From a virus (lineage: Duplodnaviria; Caudoviricetes), in the IMG/VR virus record IMGVR_UViG_3300042539_001144, positions 1 to 61,534 of that record: 61,534 nt of DNA; one strand, 5' to 3'. The position numbers and the translations under genes are program-made. This document shows positions 33,505 to 43,600 of this stretch, piece after piece (the stretch's first letter is position 1; the number at the start of each line of letters is the position of its first letter). Below the pieces are notes generated by a model. The model worked only from the letters and a program-made list of their open reading frames with translations, was not told where the DNA came from and ran no database searches.

Positions 33505-36164
33505 GGGAAGGGGTTCTCGGGTGGTGGCGTGCAGATCATGCCGGGCTCAAGCGGGTCGATGTATTCGGGGTCCGACGGCACGCCCTGCGCACCGCCTAGA
33601 CCCTGCCAGTAGTACTCCATCTCTGTGCGCTTCAGGAGGCATTCGGAAACGTCTTTCCACTCATTCGCCGCGCAGTCGTATACGAGCGCTCGGTAGCGAG
33701 TCCGCGTGGAGTATGTGTCGGCGAGGCCGCCCTCTGCGTTTCCCGCGCACCCGGTCCCAGCCACAAGCGTTGTCCGAGAGGTGGTGGCCGTCGTGCGCAA
33801 TATCCCTATGCGGACTCCGGCCGCCTCGTACCGGAGCGCAGCCTTGTAGTCAGCCCAGTTGCAGTCGCAGCCGTCGCCCTCGCAGTCGTCGACCGGCAGC
33901 GGTATTTGCTTGTAGTCGACAGTAAAGCCTCCGTCGGGGAAGATCGTGAGGGACGTCAGATCGGGCACCCGATTGTATGCGCCGATGAAGGGCGAGTTGC
34001 ACGGCTTGAAGTGTATTGACCCTTCCAGCCAGTCGCCGTCCTGCCGGTCGCTGTTCTGGGCAAAGAGGCACACCGAGGCGCTGCCGGTGTCGACGGGCTT
34101 GTATGTGTTGAATGAAAAGCAGTTCGAGATGCTGATCTGCCAGCCGTTCGTGTCGCCTCCGCCCGCCTCGCTGTTCGCGAACTGGAGTTCGTCGTTCAGC
34201 GTGTGGCAGTTCGAGCATGGACCGCAGCAAGCCATCGCGCACAGGTCGGTCGGGACCGTGAACCCCGAAACGTCCGCGCCGTAGGGGTGGCAGGAGTAGT
34301 CGTTGGGGTATTCGTAGGAGCAGATGGACTTACTGCACCCCTCCTCGCATTCCTCCTTGGTATTCCAGAAATCCTCGCCCTGCGGCGCGTAGGTCTCCTC
34401 GCACCTGTACGTCGGGATATCGCACGGGGAGCCCGGGTTCGCCTCGCCCTTGCACACCCAAACGAAACATGTGCAGACGACGTCGTCGCACTTCGCCCCG
34501 CCCGTCCATGTGTACGCGGCGCCGACTCTCGCGGCCTCTTCCCGGCACTGCTCCTCGGTGTATCCGTCGTTGCAGACGGCGTCCTGATATACACCGCGAC
34601 ACTTCTCAAGCGAGAAGCCGATCACCTTCCACCCGTCCCTGTTGTCCGGGCACACCTCCACGAAGGGCTCGCCGCCCAGCGCGCCCGTGTCGCTCGTGGA
34701 ATAAACGTCGCAGCCGTCAGTGATCCATATCTCCTCGTCGTCGGAGGTTTCCTTCACGACGCCGATGCACCCCGCGCCGTTGGGCGGTTCGTAGAAGTAG
34801 ACATGCGTCTGCACGCAGGGCCCGGGCGAGCAGTCGCAGTCCCGAATGCAGCAGGCCCCGACCTCCGGATCGCACTCCCGGTTGCACTCGTCAAGCGTGC
34901 CGTGCCACGAGAGGACCAGTCCCGGGTCCACGATGTCCTCGCGCGGGACGCATTCGTATGTGTCGGTGGTCGTGAGCACGCAGCCGTACCGGCTACAGTC
35001 GCACGAGATGTCCTCGCACTTTTCTCCGGCGCTCCACCTGTGATTGACCGCCCGGCGCTCTGCCTCCTCCTCGCACTCGATCTCCGTGTAGCCATCGAGG
35101 CACTCGTAGTACTCCTCCTCGACGCGCTCGCAGTTCTCCTTGGAGGAGCCGACGAGAGACCACCGCCAGTCGCTGCTTTCGATGTCGTCGCACAGCGAGA
35201 TGTCGGCGTTGATGTCGCTGTTCTTCCAAACCTCGCAGCCGTTCGAGGCCCAAATCTCCTCGCTGTCGCTGGTCTCCTTGGTGACTTCGACGCACGCGCC
35301 GGTTGAGTCCTTCTCCCAGTACGACCACACCTGCGCGCAGGGCGTCTTCGTGCAGTTGTACTCGCACTTGTACAGGCAGCAGGCGCCGGTTTCGTCCACG
35401 CAGGCATACTCGCACTCCCCGAGCGAGTTGTGCTCGGACAGAACGATCAGCGTCGGGTCATCGTCGGTGGCCTTGTAGCACGCCCGGCCCTTGGCGGGGT
35501 CCTCTGACTTGTAGGCGCAGACGTACTTGCCCTCGTAGCAGAACTCCTCGCACTCTTTGAGCGAGCCGTGCTCCGTCAGGGTCACGAACGATGGGTCGCC
35601 GTCGTCCTTCCGGCAGGCCCGGTCGGCGTCTGAACCGTCAACAGGGTATGCGCAGACGTACCCCTCGTCGCAGTTGTCTTCGCACTGCTTGAGGCTGTCG
35701 TACTCGGCGAGCACGATCAGTTCCGGGTCAACGGGGTCCGTCTTCTTCGAGCAGAAGCGACCCTTGGCCGGATCGATGGACCTGTACGCGCAGACGTAGG
35801 TGGCCTCGCAATCCTCTTCGCACTCCTTCTTCGTGTCGTGCTCGGAAAGCACGATGAGGTTCGGGTCGTCGTCCGTGGACGGATAGCACTCACGCTCCGC
35901 AGGGGTCTCCGAATCGCGGTACGCGCAGACGTACTGCGTCTCGCAGTATTTCAGGCACTCCTTCTCGGAGTCGTACTCTCCGAGGACCGACCCCGGCTCC
36001 GTGCCCTTCGGGTAGCAGTCCTGCCCCTCGTCCGGGTCGTCGACCGGGGATCGGTACGCGCAGACGTACTTCGTGCAGCACTTGTTGATGCACTCCATCG
36101 CCGCCGCCATGGCGATCTTGCCACCGCGCATAACGAGTGCGCCGTACTTCTGGAGGAGGCTCAT
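33501..36164 (-). CDS. Cys-rich repeat protein, putative adhesin/tail appendage
   Basis: Five ~45-aa YVCAY...C...E(H/Y)..EC...C repeats plus two longer GACC...KETSD.EEIW..GC...DGYTE repeats. Confidence 0.75.
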   Translation of the reverse strand: MSLLQKYGALVMRGGKIAMAAAMECINKCCTKYVCAYRSPVDDPDEGQDCYPKGTEPGSVLGEYDSEKECLKYCETQYVCAYRDSETPAERECYPSTDDDPNLIVLSEHDTKKECEEDCEATYVCAYRSIDPAKGRFCSKKTDPVDPELIVLAEYDSLKQCEDNCDEGYVCAYPVDGSDADRACRKDDGDPSFVTLTEHGSLKECEEFCYEGKYVCAYKSEDPAKGRACYKATDDDPTLIVLSEHNSLGECEYACVDETGACCLYKCEYNCTKTPCAQVWSYWEKDSTGACVEVTKETSDSEEIWASNGCEVWKNSDINADISLCDDIESSDWRWSLVGSSKENCERVEEEYYECLDGYTEIECEEEAERRAVNHRWSAGEKCEDISCDCSRYGCVLTTTDTYECVPREDIVDPGLVLSWHGTLDECNRECDPEVGACCIRDCDCSPGPCVQTHVYFYEPPNGAGCIGVVKETSDDEEIWITDGCDVYSTSDTGALGGEPFVEVCPDNRDGWKVIGFSLEKCRGVYQDAVCNDGYTEEQCREEAARVGAAYTWTGGAKCDDVVCTCFVWVCKGEANPGSPCDIPTYRCEETYAPQGEDFWNTKEECEEGCSKSICSYEYPNDYSCHPYGADVSGFTVPTDLCAMACCGPCSNCHTLNDELQFANSEAGGGDTNGWQISISNCFSFNTYKPVDTGSASVCLFAQNSDRQDGDWLEGSIHFKPCNSPFIGAYNRVPDLTSLTIFPDGGFTVDYKQIPLPVDDCEGDGCDCNWADYKAALRYEAAGVRIGILRTTATTSRTTLVAGTGCAGNAEGGLADTYSTRTRYRALVYDCAANEWKDVSECLLKRTEMEYYWQGLGGAQGVPSDPEYIDPLEPGMICTPPPENPFP

Positions 36165-36988
36165 GCGATGACGTCGGCGCAGTCAGTGAGCGGCAGGCTG
36201 ACGACGTCGGCGTCACGGTCGTCTCCCGCCAGCACGTACGTCTCGCGGCGCTGGAAGTCGATCGACGACGACCCCATCTCCGCGTTGGTCAGGTACACGA
36301 TCTTCTTGAGGTCGACGGTGAGATCGTCTGCGTCCTTCGAGCCAAGGAGGAACCCGGACTTGCGGGTGCAGATGACCTGCGAGTCGTCGACCTTGATGTC
36401 GGTGATGACCTCGACCTCTTCACCGATGGGCTGCAAGAAGTATTGGAGCGAACCGGCCGTGTACCTGACGCGGAGCAGGTCCGACCTCTGCGACAGAATC
36501 TGGAGAGGCCGACCGTCCAGCCGGTTGTTCCCGAAGACCGCCACGAACCCCGGAGAGCCGTACCCGCGCAAGCCAACTCGTGCCGTCGTGGGGCCGACCG
36601 CGCTCACGTCGATGTACGGGCCGGGGACGATCGAGGTGATCTCGTCCCACGAGCCCTCGCGCCGGGTGGGCCGGAACTGCTTGCGGGGCTGCTGCGGCTC
36701 AACCTCCTCGGGCTGGTTCCTCTTCCGCTTCTTCTCCTCCTTCTCCTCCTCGCGCTTCGGCGGCTTCCGGCGCACGTCCGGAGGGTCCATCCGCGGGAAC
36801 CTGTACTTCCGCAGCGGCGGAGTGACGAAGCGGTAGTCGGGCGGTGTGTAGTCGAACGACACGGGGCCGCGATGCACGAGCGGGGCCGCGCAGTTGGCGA
36901 TGGCGTGCATCGTGTCGTTGGCGGACAGTGGCGACTGCCCGCCCTCGATGAGCGACTGCTCGATGCGACCGGACTGCTTGGTGAACAT
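36161..36988 (-). CDS. putative tail protein
   Basis: TGATG coupling; MFTKQSGRIEQ start; tail-cluster position. Confidence 0.6.
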   Translation of the reverse strand: MFTKQSGRIEQSLIEGGQSPLSANDTMHAIANCAAPLVHRGPVSFDYTPPDYRFVTPPLRKYRFPRMDPPDVRRKPPKREEEKEEKKRKRNQPEEVEPQQPRKQFRPTRREGSWDEITSIVPGPYIDVSAVGPTTARVGLRGYGSPGFVAVFGNNRLDGRPLQILSQRSDLLRVRYTAGSLQYFLQPIGEEVEVITDIKVDDSQVICTRKSGFLLGSKDADDLTVDLKKIVYLTNAEMGSSSIDFQRRETYVLAGDDRDADVVSLPLTDCADVIA

Positions 36989-39441
36989 CAGGCGACCCCG
37001 TACACGTCGAGCGCGTGGATGACGAATGGCCCCGAGTCGGTGCGGTCCGCCGACAACTCCACGGCGACATGCCGGTCGTTCCCTCGGAAGTCGTCGATGG
37101 TCTGCGAGGTGAACAGGGCGCGGCACACGCCGGAGGAGACGCGGTCGGGGAGCAGGCTGGCGTCCATATCGATGGCGGTGACGGGCTCCTGCGTCTCGTA
37201 GCGCTCGCCCGTGCCACGATCCCGGGCGGCCACGTTGATCCGCGGGTACGGCGAGTTGTTGTAGAACAGCCTCAACTTCATGGGGCACGGCCCCTGCGTC
37301 GGCGTGAACAGCATGGCGACGTTGCGGTGCGTGTCCCGCTGCTCGACGGGCATGGAGTCGTGCGGGTACTCCATGTTGCCGGTGCGGACCCAGCACGGCA
37401 CCGGGGTCTTCCCGTCAGCGGCCCGGCATGTGCCGGTGGCCTGCTCGCCGGACTCGGGAGGCTCGATCTCGATCTCGGGGTCGGTGTATCCGTACCCGCC
37501 GCAGCGCACGTACAGCCCGAGCAGCGACCCGTCCGTCCCGACGGCCGCCTCGACCACGGCGCCTGCGCCGTCCCCGGTGACGGTCACCTTGGGCGGTCGG
37601 CGGTATCCGCTGCCCGGCTCGATCAACTTGGCCTCGACGATCGTGCCGTCGGCCCGGTCGAAGTCGCCGGTGCCCAGCGCGAGGATGTCCCCATCGCTCG
37701 TGCCGTAGACGCACTGGACCGAGCCCGACTCGTCCCGCATGTTCGCTCCGCCCACGAGCGGGGATGCGTAGCGCTCCTCCCACCAGCCTTGGAACTCGAA
37801 CGAGTAGCAGTACTGCCGCGTGGGGTAGTCGCCGGGCGAATCGCCCTTGAGGCGCACCGAGATTCGCAGGCACCGGGCCGAGCGGTCGGCGACGACGGAG
37901 AACCACTGCGACTTGGAGAAGTCGATGTCCTCTTGGAAGAGCGTGTTCATCACCGTCGAGATCGGGCGCACGTCCCCCGACAGGTCCATGGCGTACACGC
38001 CCTCGTTGTCCATGCAGAAGATCGTGCCCTGATACTCGTCCCAGCAGCGCTGGTTCAGGCAGCCCCGGTATGCGGCGATCTGCACGTTGGCGTCGATGAT
38101 CGGCTGAGACACGTACGAGAGCCGGTGGGCGTGACGCGACTGCATGATCCCGAGCGAGGCGCCGTACGGGATCAGTGCCGTGATGTGGTCGTGCCCTCGC
38201 ACGTTGGTCTGAAGCACCAACTCGTTGATGTCCGGACAGGACTCGGGCTCGTTGTACTCGGAGAACCGCAGCACGTTCGGCTCGCTTCCGCTGGTGTCGA
38301 CGGCCATCCAGAGGCGGTCCTGATACACGACTGCCACCGCCTTGTCGGACGGCGGCACGCCGAATCGGTTGGCGTTGAGTTCGCCGTTCGGCAGGAGGAT
38401 CGGCATGGCCGCGTACCCGTCCCGCTCGTAGTCCGTCAACTCCATGTCCGTCATGTCCTCGACGAACGAGGTGGCGTCTGGCGGAAGAGTGGCGACCCGG
38501 TAGGCAGTATACGCCTGATCACTCGTGGTGCGCCAGAGTTCGATCGCGACGGCCCGGGGCGAGACGACCGGCGGCAGGCCCCATTCCAGTTGTCCAACGC
38601 CGTCCCCGGCATCGATGGTGGCGACCGGGGAGAGGTTCGAGGGCAGGGGGCCGCCGCGGCTCTCCGGCGTGTCGTCGATGACCCGGTAGTAGCAGTCGTA
38701 CTTGCCGCGGATGTGGGCGCGCATGATCGCGTTGGCGATGGCGCCGCCCGTCATGGCCTCCGCTTTCGGCGGGTCAGTGAAGCCACCGCCATCGGGAACC
38801 TTCGGGTCCCCGACTCCGCCGCCCGGTAGCGGCTTCACCGTCACCCGGCCGCCGCCGCCGTTGCCGCCGTACAGCCTGACCTCGGGCGGCACCGTGTAGC
38901 CGCTGCCGCCCACCACGGTAACGGACTCGACCGGATAGTAGTACCGCCTGTCCGGCGTCTGCGTGATCGGCCTGTCGTAGCCGATCGGGATCGGGCTCAA
39001 GATGGGCGTGATCGTGGCGCCGTCGCCGTGCGTGGCGCCGAGTTTCACGATCGGCGTGTCCGTGTACCCGCGCCCGTAGTCGACGACGTCGATGCTGCCG
39101 ACGGCCGAGCCTTCGAGGAAAGCCCGCAGGGTTGCGGCGCGCGCTGGCGGCTTCGTGCCGTGATCGAGAGTGACGTCCGGCGCCTTGTTGTACCCGGCTC
39201 CACCCTCGATGACGTCCACCCGGGCGACGTAGTACTTCGGCGCGCCCGACATAGTGACGGTGGGCGCGGACGCCGGGGCATCGACCCCCATGTCCACGAC
39301 CATGTCAGCCGTCACCGAGCCGGTGCCGGAGATGTCTACGCGGACAGGGCGGTTCCCGTTCCCTTGGAACAGGTAGCCCCACTGCCTCGGTCCGACGGCC
39401 AGCGTGGCTGGCGTGTTGCTGGCGACAGTGCGCAGTAGCAT
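36988..39441 (-). CDS. tail nozzle/stabilisation-like protein with G.GY...P.V repeats
   Basis: GGAGYNKAPDV, GRGYTDTPIV, GSGYTVPPEV, GSGYRRPPKV repeats; DRLW...LRFSE...PES...ITAL propeller-type motifs. Confidence 0.65.
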   Translation of the reverse strand: MLLRTVASNTPATLAVGPRQWGYLFQGNGNRPVRVDISGTGSVTADMVVDMGVDAPASAPTVTMSGAPKYYVARVDVIEGGAGYNKAPDVTLDHGTKPPARAATLRAFLEGSAVGSIDVVDYGRGYTDTPIVKLGATHGDGATITPILSPIPIGYDRPITQTPDRRYYYPVESVTVVGGSGYTVPPEVRLYGGNGGGGRVTVKPLPGGGVGDPKVPDGGGFTDPPKAEAMTGGAIANAIMRAHIRGKYDCYYRVIDDTPESRGGPLPSNLSPVATIDAGDGVGQLEWGLPPVVSPRAVAIELWRTTSDQAYTAYRVATLPPDATSFVEDMTDMELTDYERDGYAAMPILLPNGELNANRFGVPPSDKAVAVVYQDRLWMAVDTSGSEPNVLRFSEYNEPESCPDINELVLQTNVRGHDHITALIPYGASLGIMQSRHAHRLSYVSQPIIDANVQIAAYRGCLNQRCWDEYQGTIFCMDNEGVYAMDLSGDVRPISTVMNTLFQEDIDFSKSQWFSVVADRSARCLRISVRLKGDSPGDYPTRQYCYSFEFQGWWEERYASPLVGGANMRDESGSVQCVYGTSDGDILALGTGDFDRADGTIVEAKLIEPGSGYRRPPKVTVTGDGAGAVVEAAVGTDGSLLGLYVRCGGYGYTDPEIEIEPPESGEQATGTCRAADGKTPVPCWVRTGNMEYPHDSMPVEQRDTHRNVAMLFTPTQGPCPMKLRLFYNNSPYPRINVAARDRGTGERYETQEPVTAIDMDASLLPDRVSSGVCRALFTSQTIDDFRGNDRHVAVELSADRTDSGPFVIHALDVYGVA

Positions 39442-39448
39442 GTATCCC

Positions 39449-39724
39449 TCACACCGTGACCCCGTCCACGATCGCCAGATTCCCCTCGGCATCCATCACG
39501 AGGGCCCTGTCCGGCTTGCCGATCCCGCCGGAGAAAGGGAACACCTGCTCGACCACGCCCTCCAGCCCTGACTTGTCGTACTTCACCGGGGCCGACCCGC
39601 GGCGGCTCGTGAGTTGCCCGGGGATGGCGAGCGTCATGTTGACCTGCTGCTGCATCCCACCCGGCGGAATGGCGTACGGGCTGGCAGCGAGCACCAGTCC
39701 GCCGAACTTTGAGATGCGCAGCAC
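39449..39724 (-). CDS. small tail protein resembling a nozzle N-terminus
   Basis: FGGL...PYAIPPG...N.....GQL.SRRG. Confidence 0.55.
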   Translation of the reverse strand: MLRISKFGGLVLAASPYAIPPGGMQQQVNMTLAIPGQLTSRRGSAPVKYDKSGLEGVVEQVFPFSGGIGKPDRALVMDAEGNLAIVDGVTV

Positions 39725-39726
39725 GG

Positions 39727-40686
39727 TCAGGCCCCGCCGTCAGGGCCGAGCGGTGCGGTGTACACGCCAGCGTACGGCGCCTGCGTGGCATCGGGCACCC
39801 GATCGTACGGCGCTCGGCGGCCGGAGATGGGCGCGATGACGTCTTGCTCCATGGCGAGTTTCAGGTCGCGGGTGTACAGCGCGACCGCGGCGTCGATGGG
39901 CTTGCCGGTCATGCGGGCGACCCACACCTCGGCGCCGGTGAGGACCGCCGTGAACATCCCCGGCGACACGTCGAGGAGGTCGGAGATCACGAAGCGGCAG
40001 TCCGCGTGCGTGGCGTCCATGGGGTTCTCAAGCGTCAGGCTCGCGGGCCCGCCACGCAGTTCGATGCGGCTCTGCTCCGCGTACGGGTAGAAACCCGACA
40101 GCGGCTCGGGATGGTTCTGCGGCGTGCCGACACGGAGCACCGCGCCGACGCAGCGCCCCGGGAAGTTCGTGTTGGTGCCCGTCACCGAGGTGCCGTTGAC
40201 CGTGACGAAGCCGGTGCGGACCTGCGTCTCGTAGCCCATCAGCGTCAGGGGCTTCGGGCGGCGGCGGTACGTGTACCGCAGCGTCATGCCCGCGGGCAGT
40301 CGGCCGCCGATCTTCAACTCCCAGCGGTCGAAGTTCTTCGGGTCCGTGGACTTGGTGATCGTCCAGTACAGGGCCTCGCCGAGCGTCCACGAGTCCTGCT
40401 CGCGGCGCACCCACTCGGCGGGGGTGATGTACGCGGTGATCGTCGTGCGGTCCTGCGGGATCAGCGCGTCGATGTTCACGCAGTCGACGGGCAGCAGGTA
40501 CGTGTTCTGGTTGGCGTCGATCGTGACCTCGGACTCCGAGACGTACCACAGCCAGTCCTTGGCGTGGGCCACGTCGCGGTAGGAGTGATGCACGGCAGCG
40601 CGCAGGACGCGGTGCTCTTGGTCTTGGGCGCCGCCGCCCACGGACTGCATCAGGTAGTCGATCGCGTCTTGCGCGCAGTAGTACAT
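39727..40686 (-). CDS. head-tail adaptor-like protein
   Basis: W.WY...TI.ANQNTYLLP.D pattern; position. Confidence 0.6.
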   Translation of the reverse strand: MYYCAQDAIDYLMQSVGGGAQDQEHRVLRAAVHHSYRDVAHAKDWLWYVSESEVTIDANQNTYLLPVDCVNIDALIPQDRTTITAYITPAEWVRREQDSWTLGEALYWTITKSTDPKNFDRWELKIGGRLPAGMTLRYTYRRRPKPLTLMGYETQVRTGFVTVNGTSVTGTNTNFPGRCVGAVLRVGTPQNHPEPLSGFYPYAEQSRIELRGGPASLTLENPMDATHADCRFVISDLLDVSPGMFTAVLTGAEVWVARMTGKPIDAAVALYTRDLKLAMEQDVIAPISGRRAPYDRVPDATQAPYAGVYTAPLGPDGGA

Positions 40687-40687
40687 G

Positions 40688-40894
40688 TCAGCCTTCCTTC
40701 GGTCGAGAACCGGCCAGACGATCCTTGGCGAACTGGATCACTTCGGGCGTCCAGTGCTTGGCGGCCATGTCCTTCACGGCTTGCGGGGCGTCATCGGGGA
40801 GCGGGCGGGCGGGGTGGTAGTTGCGAGCCCACAGGCTGCCGCCACGATCCTCGATCACGCCGATGGTCATGTTCTTTTGGAGGGTGACGTTCAT
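40688..40894 (-). CDS. tail-fibre-associated small protein
   Basis: RNYHP...P.AVKDMAAKHWTPEVI. Confidence 0.55.
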   Translation of the reverse strand: MNVTLQKNMTIGVIEDRGGSLWARNYHPARPLPDDAPQAVKDMAAKHWTPEVIQFAKDRLAGSRPKEG

Positions 40895-41400
40895 CCGATC
40901 CTCGCATCGTCGGTGAGGTAGGTGATGTTGATGCAGGCTGTAGTATCACCCGTCGCAGCAGTTATCATCACACTTACTTCGTCGCCCGAGGAACCATTCA
41001 TAGAGGCCGAACCAATCACGCCGTCCTTCTCCGCTGCTGACACTACGGGCGCGCCAAAAAGGGCGGACAACGCAGAAAGATTGTCGTCGTAGAACTCCGC
41101 AACAGAAAACGGCAGGCCGCCTATCCCGTAACGGTCCGGCGCATCGCCCTCGTCCCTATACCTGACGCCGAGCGAAATCGTGAGCGTCACCGCACGGCCC
41201 GCCCGCGTCCAGTAGCCGTCCGCGTCGGCGTCGCAAAGAGGCGTCCACGACCCGCTGAACTGCGTGTCGCCCTTCAGCATCAGCAGCCCATCGCTGCCGA
41301 CCGTGATGGTGTTGCCCGCGTCTTTGCTTGGCTCCGACGGGCCGGGTGGTCCCTTGAGGGATTGCCACCCGGCCCCGTCATGGATGTAGGCGTTCTTCAC
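40891..41400 (-). CDS. tail fibre tip protein
   Basis: GSWTP...GYWTRAGRAVT...IGGLPF C-terminal fibre motif. Confidence 0.65.
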   Translation of the reverse strand: MKNAYIHDGAGWQSLKGPPGPSEPSKDAGNTITVGSDGLLMLKGDTQFSGSWTPLCDADADGYWTRAGRAVTLTISLGVRYRDEGDAPDRYGIGGLPFSVAEFYDDNLSALSALFGAPVVSAAEKDGVIGSASMNGSSGDEVSVMITAATGDTTACINITYLTDDARIG

Positions 41401-41404
41401 CGGG

Positions 41405-42052
41405 TCACTCCTCGATCCAGAAGTCCCCGATGGCAGCCGTGGCGGGCTGGGTCGGGCTCTTGGTCACGTTCACCGAACGGCCATCGGCACCGTCGGCACC
41501 AGTTGCACCATCGGCTCCATCCGCTCCGTCGGTGCCCTTCTTGGCGATCAGTTTCAGGTCGCCGGGGCTGACGAGACCGGCCCGGGTCAGGCCAGAGACG
41601 ACGTAGGTCTCGCCGCCGAACGTGACCACATCGTTGTTGTCGTACTCGGCCCCGGGGTCGTACTCGCCCTTGAAGGTCAGGCCGACGCCGTCAGCACCCG
41701 CAGGCCCATCGGCACCATCGGCACCGGCAGCACCGTCCTGACCCGGAGCCCCGTCAGCACCGGGGGCACCGTCCGCGCCCTTGGGACCACGGATGCCGCC
41801 GACGTTGTTCCACGCCGTGCCGCTCCAGACGAGGCCGTCGCCGGGGTTCGTGCCAGCCGGAAAGCCAGCCGGAACCGGGTCGGGGACGAGCCACATATCG
41901 CCCGTGGTCGGAGCAGCATCCGGCGGGTAGGCGGCGGCGGTGCCCTTGATGGTGACGCCCGAACCGTCCTTGCCGTCCACGCCGTCCTTGCCCGGGGGGC
42001 CGACGATCGAGACCCACGCGCTACCGTCGAAGATGCTGACGTTCTTAGCCAT
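41405..42052 (-). CDS. collagen-like fibre protein
   Basis: Gly-X-Y repeats (GADGAPGADG), FKGEYDP, GDFWI. Confidence 0.8.
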   Translation of the reverse strand: MAKNVSIFDGSAWVSIVGPPGKDGVDGKDGSGVTIKGTAAAYPPDAAPTTGDMWLVPDPVPAGFPAGTNPGDGLVWSGTAWNNVGGIRGPKGADGAPGADGAPGQDGAAGADGADGPAGADGVGLTFKGEYDPGAEYDNNDVVTFGGETYVVSGLTRAGLVSPGDLKLIAKKGTDGADGADGATGADGADGRSVNVTKSPTQPATAAIGDFWIEE

Positions 42053-42063
42053 TGCTCTTTACC

Positions 42064-42261
42064 TCAAGGGGTGTTGCTGATCCATACGTCGCCAGCCTTT
42101 GCCGTCGCGGGCTGGGTGTTCTGCACGTTGACTGCGACCGACTCACCGGGGTCGCCTTTGTCGCCCTTGTCCCCCTTGGGTCCGGGCGTACCTCCACCGC
42201 TCCCACTGCTTATGGGCCGCCACTTTCCGGTCGCGGCGTCGAAGAAGTAGATCGTCGCCAT
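42064..42261 (-). CDS. short collagen-like fibre protein
   Basis: GPKGDKGDKGDPG; GDVWI C-terminus. Confidence 0.65.
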   Translation of the reverse strand: MATIYFFDAATGKWRPISSGSGGGTPGPKGDKGDKGDPGESVAVNVQNTQPATAKAGDVWISNTP

Positions 42262-42262
42262 G

Positions 42263-43600
42263 TCAGTAGGCTGCCTTCCAGCGGATGCCCGAGAAGTTCG
42301 CCTCGCTCGACCGCGCGCCGGGACTACAAGATATGTCACGGCTCTTGCTGCTCACCGAGCAGTAGCCGTAGGTCACGGCAGAGCCGACGAGCCGCATCGC
42401 CAGCGGGTAGTTGGCGTCGATCTCCGCAAGGGGGAACTGTGGTGGAAGCCGGAGGGGGACCCACGCACCGCTGCCAGCACCGAATGACAGGGTGCCCTTG
42501 AGTTCGATGAACCCGCCGATCATCCTCGCCTGAATCTCGGTAGAGACAGACTCCTTCGCCCCATCCATGCGAACCATCCATGTCCAATCAATGTCGGGCG
42601 GCGGCATCTTCGTGCCACCGACGAGCATCAACTTCACCTCGTCAAGGACGGACTTCTTGAACTCAACAAGGGCAGGGTCATTGATCGACGGGGAGCCAAG
42701 CGGACTGATCGCGGTCAGTTTGTCATCGACCTGCTTGCGCGAGTACAGCATCAACGCCATCTGGTTGTCGAAGTCAGCCTTGCTGAAGGCGTCGGTGATC
42801 CGCATGAAGCGGTCATCGGCCTGCTTCTGCGTGTAGACATCAGCCTTGAGGGGGTAGCGGAAGTCCGCTTCAGCCCGCGTGTAGATCGAGTCGAAGATCG
42901 TCTGGACTTGATTGCGGAGAAGGTCGAGGGCTTCAAGCCTGCCGTACCGGGTGTCGGCGGTTGCGAGCGTGACGTACGGGGCGAGGTCAATGACCGGAGC
43001 GGCCTTGCTCTCCAGCGTCTCGATGCGGGGCAGGAGGGCGTTGAGCGGTTCGAGGTCAGACTTGTAGACGAGGAACTCGTTGTCCACGCCGACGTTCAGG
43101 ACGAGCCGCGCCCCGTAGCCTTCTCCCGTGTCCGTGTACCCGAGAGCGACAGGTGGCAGCAACGTGTCGCCAAACCCGTAAGCCTGCGACACGACGGTCT
43201 TGGCGAGGAGCGGCTGCTCCTTGTCCTGCTTGCGGGCGTAACGGTCATCCGCCTCTGGACGGGTGTAGATCGAGTCGAACACCGCCTGCAACTGCGTGGT
43301 GATGAACGTCGTGGTCGAGAGCGGGGCGAACTTGCCGTCTACTTCCACCTTCGTGTAGGTGTCAGCCTTGTCGGCCTTGAGGTCGATCCTCTCCTGCAAC
43401 TGCCGTGCGGTCTCGGTGACGGCGAACAGCACTTGGTTCTGCACGGCGTCGAGGTCGAGGGCACCCTCGTCCCGAGACGCCTTGATCGCGGCGTCAGTCT
43501 GGACAATGGTGTAGTAGCCGTCGAGCGCGCCGGGCGAGCCGACCACTTCCTGCCACTGACCGTTGCTGTAGACGTTGAGGGTCTTCGTGTTAGTAGGCAT
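42263..43600 (-). CDS. tail fibre protein
   Basis: YTK.E.D..F type repeats; C-terminal domain paralogous to 43590-44804. Confidence 0.7.
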   Translation of the reverse strand: MPTNTKTLNVYSNGQWQEVVGSPGALDGYYTIVQTDAAIKASRDEGALDLDAVQNQVLFAVTETARQLQERIDLKADKADTYTKVEVDGKFAPLSTTTFITTQLQAVFDSIYTRPEADDRYARKQDKEQPLLAKTVVSQAYGFGDTLLPPVALGYTDTGEGYGARLVLNVGVDNEFLVYKSDLEPLNALLPRIETLESKAAPVIDLAPYVTLATADTRYGRLEALDLLRNQVQTIFDSIYTRAEADFRYPLKADVYTQKQADDRFMRITDAFSKADFDNQMALMLYSRKQVDDKLTAISPLGSPSINDPALVEFKKSVLDEVKLMLVGGTKMPPPDIDWTWMVRMDGAKESVSTEIQARMIGGFIELKGTLSFGAGSGAWVPLRLPPQFPLAEIDANYPLAMRLVGSAVTYGYCSVSSKSRDISCSPGARSSEANFSGIRWKAAY

